From a virus (lineage: Duplodnaviria; Caudoviricetes), in the IMG/VR virus record IMGVR_UViG_3300030419_000438, positions 1 through 59,439 of that record: DNA of 59,439 nucleotides; one strand, 5' to 3'. The notes under the pieces were generated by a model that saw only the letters and a list, made by a program, of their open reading frames with translations, had not been told where the DNA came from and made no database searches. The position numbers and the translations under genes were made by a program. How positions within the stretch are numbered: position 1 is the first letter of the stretch; each line of letters starts with the position of its first letter. Positions 1 to 7,603 of the stretch are shown here, in pieces.

Positions 1-130
1 TATATGGACTGTGACATGCTCATACGCACAGACATTAATGAAATCTTTGAAGAGTATAACCTAGATTATTATCCTGTTTATTGTGTCAAGCATAAGTATG
101 AACCAAAGGATATAATTAAAATGGATAAGC
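1..130. repeat. Terminal overlap of circular assembly (copy 1; copy 2 at 59310-59439)
   Basis: 1-130 matches 59310-59439 except one synonymous T/C difference (78 vs 59387, GTT/GTC Val). The overlap falls inside a gene. Confidence 0.97.
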
Positions 131-492
131 AAGTCCAACTAACATATCCTAGAAAGAACTGGTCTAGTTTTATGCTCTGGAATTGTTCGCACCCCAAGAA
201 TAAGGAACTTACTGTTGAAAAAGTAAACACCCAGTCTGGATCATGGCTTCACCAGTTTCAATGGATTGGTGATAAAGATTCAGACATTGGTGGTATTGAT
301 GAAGAGTGGAACTGGCTAGACAATCATTCTTCTTCTGACATTAAACCAAAGAATGTACACTTCACCACTGGTGGTCCTTGGTTCAAGGATTGGAAATGTG
401 GTCGTCATGCTGATGGCTATTATGCATCTGAGTGGAACCAGGAGTATACGTATCTTGTAGGAAAAGGAATGGTTGAACCTTATGAGTTATAG
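1..492 (+). CDS. GT8-like (GT-A fold) glycosyltransferase, 3' part; full gene starts at 59031 and spans the origin (~256 aa)
   Basis: DCD (DxD) motif, YPRKNWSSFMLWN, EEWNWL, HFTTGGPW. In frame with the ATG at 59031. Confidence 0.85.
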   Translation, partial: YMDCDMLIRTDINEIFEEYNLDYYPVYCVKHKYEPKDIIKMDKQVQLTYPRKNWSSFMLWNCSHPKNKELTVEKVNTQSGSWLHQFQWIGDKDSDIGGIDEEWNWLDNHSSSDIKPKNVHFTTGGPWFKDWKCGRHADGYYASEWNQEYTYLVGKGMVEPYEL

Positions 493-2848
493 AATTGTAA
501 CATGCTTTAACGAAAAAATTTTAAAAGACAATGCAGCAAGGCTGTTAGAGGATTTCGCTTCCAAGTGGGGTTCCGATATTGAATTTGATTGTTACTATTA
601 TGATATGGATATTAAGAATTATTCATTACCTAAAGCTAAAAACATTCACTATTATAATTTAAGTAATCTATCTGACTACACAGATTTTGTTGAGAGAAAC
701 AAAGAACATGACGGCACAGAGAATGGTGCCATACAATATAATGAAACACTTGATGCTTTAACAGAGGCTCCCAAAATATTTGCGATAAGTGAGTCTATGT
801 TTAACAACTCCCAATCTTGGGTGCTTTGGGTTGACCCTCACTGTTATACCATGAGCAGAGTTACTACGAGTTATCTAGAACAAGTATTTGCTCCTGATAG
901 CAGTGAGGTTCCGCTCACTATTATTGAAGACCAACCACACTTTGCAGCATTTCAAATTTTATATCAACCATGCGTTGATCTTATAGCTGATATACGTGGT
1001 GCATACATCACTGATAACTTTTTAAACTATAGGGATTGGCGAGTATTTTTTATTCTTAATAATTTCATATCTATCTATAATGCACATGGTATGAACTACA
1101 GATTATTGAACTCAGAAACCTCAGAGTTTATTGATAATATTCTTGTAGACTTACGTAGTCCACTAGCCAAGAACCTTAGAGATGCTGATGGTAATCGTGT
1201 TATACCTTTATCAGAGGATGCAACCACACCAGACATTCTTCCTGGTAGATATAAACAACTAGCTGATCTTATTCGTTTCTATGAACCAAAGAAAATACTG
1301 GAGACTGGTACATGGAACTCTGGTCGTGCTATTGAGATGTCCCTCGCTGCCTTTGATCGTAGTGATGCGGTACACTACATTGGTTACGATCTCTTTGAAG
1401 ATGCAACGTCTGCCATAGATAAAGAAGAGTTTAATGTTAAGCCTCACAATACTCAGGCTGCTGTTGTTAAAAGACTAGACGAGTTTGCAGAGTATGTTAA
1501 AGATAACAACAATAAAACATTTACCTATGAGCTACACAAAGGTAATGTCAGAGATGTTCTTACCAAGGACATACCAGATGATATTGATATTGCACTAATT
1601 GGTAGTGGTAATAGTGAACAGACTGTAGCACATGAGTTTGATATGTTGAAGTCTGTTCCTATTGTTTTGATGGATCACTACTTTACAAAGGATGAGGCTG
1701 AAGAACTACCACCTGAAAAGTATCAGGGTGTTAATAAGGTCTTTGATAAAATTGAAACAAGCAAGGTTCAAGAAGGTTTTGAAGATGAAGAAGGCTGGAC
1801 TAACTTTGATCAGGAAAGCACAAACAGAAAACATATACTGCCGTCCAGTGATCGTGTAGTTGATGGTGGTGTAACACATCTTGTTGTTGTACTTACTAAT
1901 CCAGATATTAAGGACATACCTGAAGAAGTTAAGCGTGTACCTATCATTGTACATCCCAGAGATTGTGTTCCTAAAGATTACATTACCAGTAACATCCAGA
2001 CCAATCTTAAATTAATTGAAGATAATAAATGGATTGTTAAACATCCTGCTCATAGAGACAAGGGTATTATTGTTTCAGCAGGACCATATATTGACTACGA
2101 TGAACTAAAAGATTTTATGAAGGATAACCCTACGGCAAAGATGCTTGCAGTTAAACATGCCTATCCTAATCTACTAAAGAATGGCATCGTGCCGTGGGGT
2201 TGCATAGTTCTTGATCCTCGTTCTATTGAGGGGAAAAGTACACATAACATTGTAAGAAAAGATTTATTCAAAGATATAGCTTCTGATACATTATTCTTTG
2301 TAGCGTCTATGACTGACCCATCTGTTACCAAACACCTTAAAGATAGTGGTGCTAATATATGGGGATGGCACGCCTTTACTGATTCCCTGCGAGAACAGGA
2401 AGAGCAAGGACAACAGATTACAAATAATGTAGTCAAGTTAAATGAAGACCTTGGTATACCTCAAGGTGCTACCCTGATTACAGGTGGTACATGTGCGGCA
2501 ATGAGAGGTATAGGTATGTTCCATACAATGGGCTTTAGAGATGTACATCTATTTGGTTTTGATTGTTGCAGGGATGAGCCTACAGCAGAGGAGAAAACAG
2601 AAACTACAGGTGATATAGAAGGTGGTGAAACTCCCAAGCCCAAGTACATTGAGGTAAATGTAAAAGATAAAACATATTGGACAACAGGTGAGCTTCTTGC
2701 TATGGCACAGGACTGTGAGAAAGTCTTTGCTGATCCTGGTCTTGAAGGTGTGCTGTCATTCCACGGTAAGGATACTATGGTTGCTGATCTGTGGGATATA
2801 CAAATAGAAAGAGAAGAGCGACCTACATTTAAAGGATATTATTCATGA
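482..2848 (+). CDS. Three-domain protein: degenerate GT-A domain, class I SAM methyltransferase, and Maf/MAF_flag10-like (ulosonic-acid transferase-like) domain
   Basis: N-term RIVTCFN...PKIFAI...WVLWVDPH; middle ILETGTWNSGRA and YIGYDLFE; C-term IVSAGPYI, IVPWGCIVLDPR, GGTCAAMRGIGMFHTMGFRDVHLFGFDCC. ATG 482 preferred over TTG 473. Confidence 0.7.
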   Translation: MSYRIVTCFNEKILKDNAARLLEDFASKWGSDIEFDCYYYDMDIKNYSLPKAKNIHYYNLSNLSDYTDFVERNKEHDGTENGAIQYNETLDALTEAPKIFAISESMFNNSQSWVLWVDPHCYTMSRVTTSYLEQVFAPDSSEVPLTIIEDQPHFAAFQILYQPCVDLIADIRGAYITDNFLNYRDWRVFFILNNFISIYNAHGMNYRLLNSETSEFIDNILVDLRSPLAKNLRDADGNRVIPLSEDATTPDILPGRYKQLADLIRFYEPKKILETGTWNSGRAIEMSLAAFDRSDAVHYIGYDLFEDATSAIDKEEFNVKPHNTQAAVVKRLDEFAEYVKDNNNKTFTYELHKGNVRDVLTKDIPDDIDIALIGSGNSEQTVAHEFDMLKSVPIVLMDHYFTKDEAEELPPEKYQGVNKVFDKIETSKVQEGFEDEEGWTNFDQESTNRKHILPSSDRVVDGGVTHLVVVLTNPDIKDIPEEVKRVPIIVHPRDCVPKDYITSNIQTNLKLIEDNKWIVKHPAHRDKGIIVSAGPYIDYDELKDFMKDNPTAKMLAVKHAYPNLLKNGIVPWGCIVLDPRSIEGKSTHNIVRKDLFKDIASDTLFFVASMTDPSVTKHLKDSGANIWGWHAFTDSLREQEEQGQQITNNVVKLNEDLGIPQGATLITGGTCAAMRGIGMFHTMGFRDVHLFGFDCCRDEPTAEEKTETTGDIEGGETPKPKYIEVNVKDKTYWTTGELLAMAQDCEKVFADPGLEGVLSFHGKDTMVADLWDIQIEREERPTFKGYYS

Positions 2849-3552
2849 AGCAAGCTACAGCAATAACACAAAAATCAGAAATCCAGTGTGATGATGACTA
2901 TAGTAGAGAGTACCCATCTGAAAGATACGAAGAACTTCTAAAAGAATATGAGCTAATGCATGATACATCTGACCAGATGTTTAATGGCAGAAGTGTGGCT
3001 AGTTTTGTAGATGTTATTCAACATGTTCTTAAAGAAAACAACTGCAAGACACTTCTTGATTATGGCAGTGGGAAAGGTCTTCTTTATACCAAAGATTATG
3101 ATAAAGTTCAAATAGATAATCCTACATCTAAACCACTTCCTGAACTTTGGGATATAGATGAATATACTTTATATGATCCAGGTTATCCAGAACATAACAA
3201 GCTGCCCATTGGTAAGTTTGATTCTGTTATCTGCACTGATGTATTGGAACATGTACCAGAAGAAGACCTTGGTTGGGTAACTGATGAGCTTATAGACTAT
3301 GCTAAAAAAGTATTGTTTCTTAATATCGCTTGTTTACCTGCACTTAAAAAGTTTAGGGATGGTACTAACGTACATGTCTCTATTTTTAGACCAGAAGAAT
3401 GGGCAACATTTTTGGCATCCAGACTTAAAAATTCCAGAAATGTAGATTTAAATATTATATTATATGCAGACCATAAAGTAGATGAAGAACTTAAAAGACG
3501 AGCCTATAAAATTACACATTTTCCTACAATATTTCAACTAACGGAGGACTAG
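2845..3552 (+). CDS. Class I SAM-dependent methyltransferase
   Basis: LLDYGSGKG motif I, YDPG, FDSVICTDVLEHVP. ATGA overlap with the upstream gene. Confidence 0.85.
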   Translation: MKQATAITQKSEIQCDDDYSREYPSERYEELLKEYELMHDTSDQMFNGRSVASFVDVIQHVLKENNCKTLLDYGSGKGLLYTKDYDKVQIDNPTSKPLPELWDIDEYTLYDPGYPEHNKLPIGKFDSVICTDVLEHVPEEDLGWVTDELIDYAKKVLFLNIACLPALKKFRDGTNVHVSIFRPEEWATFLASRLKNSRNVDLNIILYADHKVDEELKRRAYKITHFPTIFQLTED

Positions 3553-3553
3553 G

Positions 3554-3970
3554 ATGTTAGGATTAGCAGATTCAGTTATTGGAGTAGCAGGTAAAGTCCT
3601 TGATAAGTTTGTTGAAGACAAAGACCTGAAGACTAAACTTAATGCAGAGCTTAAACAACAGATGGTATCGCTTGATCTGGCACAAGCACAGGCAAATATA
3701 GAACAAGCGAAGTCGCCCTCTATCTTCGTTGCTGGTGCTAGGCCAGCCATCATGTGGATATGTGCCTTTGGTCTGGCATGGCAGTTTGTTCTACAACCTG
3801 TAGCAGTATGGGGTATTGCACTTAGTGGTACAGATATAGTATTGCCTTACATTGAGACTGAAGGTCTTATGTCTCTGACACTTGCCTTACTTGGACTTGG
3901 TGGTATGCGTACAGCAGAAAAATGGAAAGGCGTACAACGCAACAACATGAAGAAAACTCAAGGACGTTAA
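3554..3970 (+). CDS. Holin of 3TM family
   Basis: GKVLDKFVEDKD, FVAGARPAIMWIC, LLGLGGMRTAEKWKG; hydrophobic segments and a basic C-terminus. Confidence 0.8.
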   Translation: MLGLADSVIGVAGKVLDKFVEDKDLKTKLNAELKQQMVSLDLAQAQANIEQAKSPSIFVAGARPAIMWICAFGLAWQFVLQPVAVWGIALSGTDIVLPYIETEGLMSLTLALLGLGGMRTAEKWKGVQRNNMKKTQGR

Positions 3971-3972
3971 TT

Positions 3973-4314
3973 ATGAAAGCAGGTAAAGTGTGGGGAGAAA
4001 CAGAATTTATTTTTGGTAATGGAGTATTGGAATTTCATAGAATTGAATTTAAAGAAGGCAGTACATGCAGCAAACACAAACATAAATATAAATGGAATGG
4101 CTTCTACGTAACCAAAGGAATTTTAAAAATAAAAGTTTGGAAGAATGATTATAATCTGATAGATGAAACTGTACTAGGACCAGGAGAATGGACAACTGTA
4201 AAACCTGGAGAGTTCCATCAGTTTGAAGGTATCTCACATGGCGAAGCTTTTGAATTATACTGGGCTGAGTTTGATCATAATGACATTGAACGAGAAACAG
4301 TAGGTTCAAGTTGA
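3973..4314 (+). CDS. Cupin-fold protein (sugar isomerase-like)
   Basis: KVWG, CSKHKHKYKWNGFYVTKG, VKPGEFHQF cupin motifs. Start moved to ATG 3973. Confidence 0.75.
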   Translation: MKAGKVWGETEFIFGNGVLEFHRIEFKEGSTCSKHKHKYKWNGFYVTKGILKIKVWKNDYNLIDETVLGPGEWTTVKPGEFHQFEGISHGEAFELYWAEFDHNDIERETVGSS

Positions 4315-4562
4315 AGATACAAAAGTTGACTCCAATACACACACTGGACTGGTATGTTAAATGGATTGCTTCTTTTCTTTTAATTATAGGTGCAGTATTA
4401 ACCAGTAATAATGTATATCCAGTTAATCTTGTATTTCATTCAATAGGAATATTTGGATGGCTGATTGTTGGTATAATATGGAATGACAGAGCATTGATTA
4501 TAATTAATGCTGTAACACTAGCACTGATGTCTAATGGATTAATATCATATTATGCTACATAA
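4311..4562 (+). CDS. Small 3-TM membrane protein (DUF6552-like)
   Basis: LDWYVKWIAS, YPVN, GIIWNDRALIIIN; three hydrophobic stretches. Confidence 0.6.
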   Translation: MKIQKLTPIHTLDWYVKWIASFLLIIGAVLTSNNVYPVNLVFHSIGIFGWLIVGIIWNDRALIIINAVTLALMSNGLISYYAT

Positions 4563-4645
4563 ATTATATATTAAAATCATTAATTGGTTTACTAAGAGAA
4601 TAAAGGGTGAGGAGCAACCAAAGTACCTATCAGGAAAAAGAAATA

Positions 4646-5152
4646 ATGTTAAATGAGAAGCAAGAGAAATTTGCACATGCCTATGTATTGCACCGTAATG
4701 CTACGGAAGCAGCAAAGGCGGCTGGCTATGCAGCAGACTCTGCTTACAACCAGGGCTATCGTCTCTTACAAAAGCAGGAAGTTATAGATCGTGTTCATGA
4801 ACTTGAACAGGAACTGGAAACAGATGTTGATGTTATCAAGGAGATGGAAAGCCAGTACGAATTTGCAAAAGCAAATGGCCACACCAATAGTGCAATCAAA
4901 GCACTTGAGCTTTTATCCAGAATACGTGGTGCAAATAGTGATACCAGAATGTCAATGGACAAAGACACTCTGGAGAGTGCTATCGTAGGGTGCCTGAATG
5001 TACTAGGTTATGAGAAAGTTATCTCTCTTCTAGAGAAATGTGATTTTGCACACCATTTTTTTGATGATTTACCGCCAGAGAGCGACGAGGAGGGGCCATC
5101 TCCAGGGTCTGTGGACTCACCCTACCCAGAGGAGCCTGAATACTCTATATGA
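4646..5152 (+). CDS. terS: Terminase small subunit
   Basis: LNEKQEKFAHAYV...NATEAAKAAGY...AYNQGYRLL and AIKALELL are typical small-terminase HTH motifs. Start moved to ATG 4646. Confidence 0.8.
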   Translation: MLNEKQEKFAHAYVLHRNATEAAKAAGYAADSAYNQGYRLLQKQEVIDRVHELEQELETDVDVIKEMESQYEFAKANGHTNSAIKALELLSRIRGANSDTRMSMDKDTLESAIVGCLNVLGYEKVISLLEKCDFAHHFFDDLPPESDEEGPSPGSVDSPYPEEPEYSI

Positions 5153-5154
5153 GG

Positions 5155-5171
5155 CTGTATGGCCCGTACAG
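5155..5171. terminator. Hairpin at the convergence of the two genome arms (possible bidirectional terminator)
   Basis: CTGTATG-GCC-CGTACAG between the convergent stops at 5152 and 5176; no clear U-tract. Confidence 0.35.
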
Positions 5172-5175
5172 AGCA

Positions 5176-5742
5176 TTATGCTTTATTATGCCATATAAAG
5201 GCTACCATACCAGCTATAAACAATATAACTGCTATTATCTTAACAGATTCAATTAATATTGTTTGCCATAAGTTTTTTTGTTGTAGTGCTTTACGCTCTG
5301 CTTTTAACTGTTGTTCTTTTTTTTGTTTCTTAATTCTTTCTTTACGTTCTTCTATCCGCTTCTGCTGTTCTTCTAGTATCTCATCCCATGTGCCAGCACC
5401 AAAGCGTTTATTAATTTCAAAAGATAGTCTCCTGATATCTTCTTCCTGTTGCTTCTGAGCAAGCTTGGCTGCTGCCACATTTGCCAGTGATGTCTCGTCG
5501 TCACCGTCATCCTTGAGTCTAAACTTTACGAACTTAGCCCATTTATTATTTTTTAACGTCTTATCTTTAGAGGCAGACTCAATTCGTTTCTTGGCTTCGC
5601 CATGAGTTTTAAATAACCTGTCTATCTGTCCAGCAATTGCACCTACATCTTCTGCTGTATTGAGCGCACTACGTACCCCCTGCACTGCTGACTTAACAGC
5701 AGCGAAGCCTCCTGTAACAGCAGCTAGTGTGAGTGGGTCCAT
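5176..5742 (-). CDS. Hypothetical coiled-coil protein with C-terminal TM helix
   Basis: 188-aa ORF with RBS (AGGAG) and a hydrophobic C-terminus. Confidence 0.75.
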   Translation of the reverse strand: MDPLTLAAVTGGFAAVKSAVQGVRSALNTAEDVGAIAGQIDRLFKTHGEAKKRIESASKDKTLKNNKWAKFVKFRLKDDGDDETSLANVAAAKLAQKQQEEDIRRLSFEINKRFGAGTWDEILEEQQKRIEERKERIKKQKKEQQLKAERKALQQKNLWQTILIESVKIIAVILFIAGMVAFIWHNKA

Positions 5743-5751
5743 GCCTATCTC

Positions 5752-6117
5752 CTATATTTTTCTAACTGAACCATAACCCCGTAAAGCTTTACCTATTCCA
5801 ATATAACCACCAGTTTTCTTTGGTATTATTTTCAAAGAATCACTATGTTGTTTAGAATCTTTTATAGCGTCAGCTTCACTTCCTTTAATAATTCTGTATT
5901 CTTCAGGTTTTAATTTACCTGCTTTATATTTATTTAAAACTTGTTTTTCAGTAAGTTCTTTTCCATTATAAATACTGGGAGCATTAAGCCATTTTGTTTT
6001 TTCTTCATTTAATGGAATACTTACTCCTAATTCAGAAACATTTTTATTTCCTTTTTTATAGATAGTACGCCCTGTTTGTTTTACTTTTTTATTTGTAGGT
6101 TTGAGTGTACCAGACAT
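5752..6117 (-). CDS. Basic hypothetical protein (candidate virion cargo)
   Basis: 121 aa, Lys-rich; C-terminal KKTGGYIGIGKALRGYG. Confidence 0.65.
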   Translation of the reverse strand: MSGTLKPTNKKVKQTGRTIYKKGNKNVSELGVSIPLNEEKTKWLNAPSIYNGKELTEKQVLNKYKAGKLKPEEYRIIKGSEADAIKDSKQHSDSLKIIPKKTGGYIGIGKALRGYGSVRKI

Positions 6118-6120
6118 TAC

Positions 6121-6870
6121 TTATATCCCTTTAGGTTCATAGTCATATGGGTTACGTGCAACCATTCCCCCATTATACTTGGCAACTTTTTTTGCACCAG
6201 GAGAAGATACCTTATTAATATGTTCTGGAAAAACTAATATTTGTTGTGACCTATCCTCAAAGTCTTTAAATAAAATAGAGTCATATCCTTCTTCTTTAAT
6301 CTTATTAATATTTTCTTTTGCATACAATCTCTGTTTATTATTATTAACTACAAAAGGTTTATCAATATCTCTAAGATCAAACCTAGCTATGTTCTGTCCC
6401 TTTGCTATAGGATCACCCTCTATAGTTTTCCCCTCCATTAAAGTCAATGTAGTTGCTCTCTCTTTAGTTTTAGGATTATAGTAAAGACCCACCCCTCTTC
6501 CAAGCTTTGCAGGTAATGGTGCAAAATCTTTTGCTGCACGAAGATTAGCATACTCTTCAGCTATTTTAGGATTAATTGTAAAGTAAAAACCCTCACCTAA
6601 AAATTGATCATTAGGATTTCCAAACTCTATATCAAAATATTCTTCAAGCGTATCTGCAAGCCTACCTTTGGCAGAGCCATGATACCCATATATTCCAATA
6701 TCATCTACTTGTTCTGGAATATCAGCAGTCCTTTCTTTAGGGAGTTCGTCGTAAATCTTACGAATAGCAGAAGGTTCTGCTGTTCTAGTAATAAGTTTAC
6801 CACCAGTTGGTGCAGGAACATCACTCCTTAGAAGTGCAGCTAACCCCTTTGCTATTGTCTTACCAGCCAT
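6121..6870 (-). CDS. ADP-ribosyltransferase-fold protein (ART-PolyVal-like)
   Basis: YHGS, LGEGFYFT, AEEYA, EGYDSI, ILVF motif series. Confidence 0.65.
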   Translation of the reverse strand: MAGKTIAKGLAALLRSDVPAPTGGKLITRTAEPSAIRKIYDELPKERTADIPEQVDDIGIYGYHGSAKGRLADTLEEYFDIEFGNPNDQFLGEGFYFTINPKIAEEYANLRAAKDFAPLPAKLGRGVGLYYNPKTKERATTLTLMEGKTIEGDPIAKGQNIARFDLRDIDKPFVVNNNKQRLYAKENINKIKEEGYDSILFKDFEDRSQQILVFPEHINKVSSPGAKKVAKYNGGMVARNPYDYEPKGI

Positions 6871-7247
6871 TACTTATAACTCCATACCCACGGTCTTGGA
6901 TGCGTGTCACTGTCCTCCATTGTATCTATGTGTATAAACCTACTTTCATGCGGTCCTCTCTGGGATATACCAATACCAGAAAAGCCCTGCTCCATAGCAA
7001 GAGACATAAGCTCATAGGCATCCCGACCAGACACCAGGACATCTACTGCCTTACCATATAGATGTGGTGAGTTCTTGGCACCACCTATAACCTGATTATA
7101 TGAAGCATCCCTATACCCAGAAGAAATAACCATAGGCTTGTCATAGGCATATCGTAAAGCCACAAGCCTTTCCATAAACTCTTCATCCATGTTGCACTCA
7201 TCAGTACCCTTACACCTCAATTCGTCTTCTGTAAAAAAATCCCACAT
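6870..7247 (-). CDS. Peptidase M15A endolysin
   Basis: ISSGYR, N...GGAKNSPHLYGKAVD, FIHIDT zinc-peptidase motifs. Confidence 0.9.
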   Translation of the reverse strand: MWDFFTEDELRCKGTDECNMDEEFMERLVALRYAYDKPMVISSGYRDASYNQVIGGAKNSPHLYGKAVDVLVSGRDAYELMSLAMEQGFSGIGISQRGPHESRFIHIDTMEDSDTHPRPWVWSYK

Positions 7248-7603
7248 TAAGCTTCTCCTTTGCCTACAGGTGGATGTGAACCATTATGCATATTATGGAA
7301 TCTATCTGACTGTTTTTCAAGTGAACGTAGACGTTCCTCTACTGCACCATCTCTCTCTGACTGCTTCTTCAATATCTGAGGAGACAATATATCATTAGAC
7401 ATAATATCTATAGAACTAATAGCAACAGCCATCTTAGCTTCTGCCTTGTCTAGTCTGGTAGCAATGTCGTTAAGCTCTTGCTTGTACTCTTCCAGGTCAT
7501 TAACCATACTACGTATTGTAGTCTTGAGTACACCCCATGTAGCAGCCAGACCAGCCAGTACTGTGCCTAGTGTAACAAGTTCTCTTGGTCCTAGTTCTAA
7601 CAC
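7247..7603 (-). CDS. Hypothetical protein with N-terminal TM and coiled coil (lysis-associated?)
   Basis: 118 aa, translationally coupled to the endolysin. Confidence 0.65.
   Translation of the reverse strand: MLELGPRELVTLGTVLAGLAATWGVLKTTIRSMVNDLEEYKQELNDIATRLDKAEAKMAVAISSIDIMSNDILSPQILKKQSERDGAVEERLRSLEKQSDRFHNMHNGSHPPVGKGEA

Noticed and set aside
1930-2848. Literal MptE (pterin pyrophosphokinase) function
   Set aside because: This domain family also covers Maf proteins, and the GT/methyltransferase context favours a glycosyltransferase. Not formally excluded.
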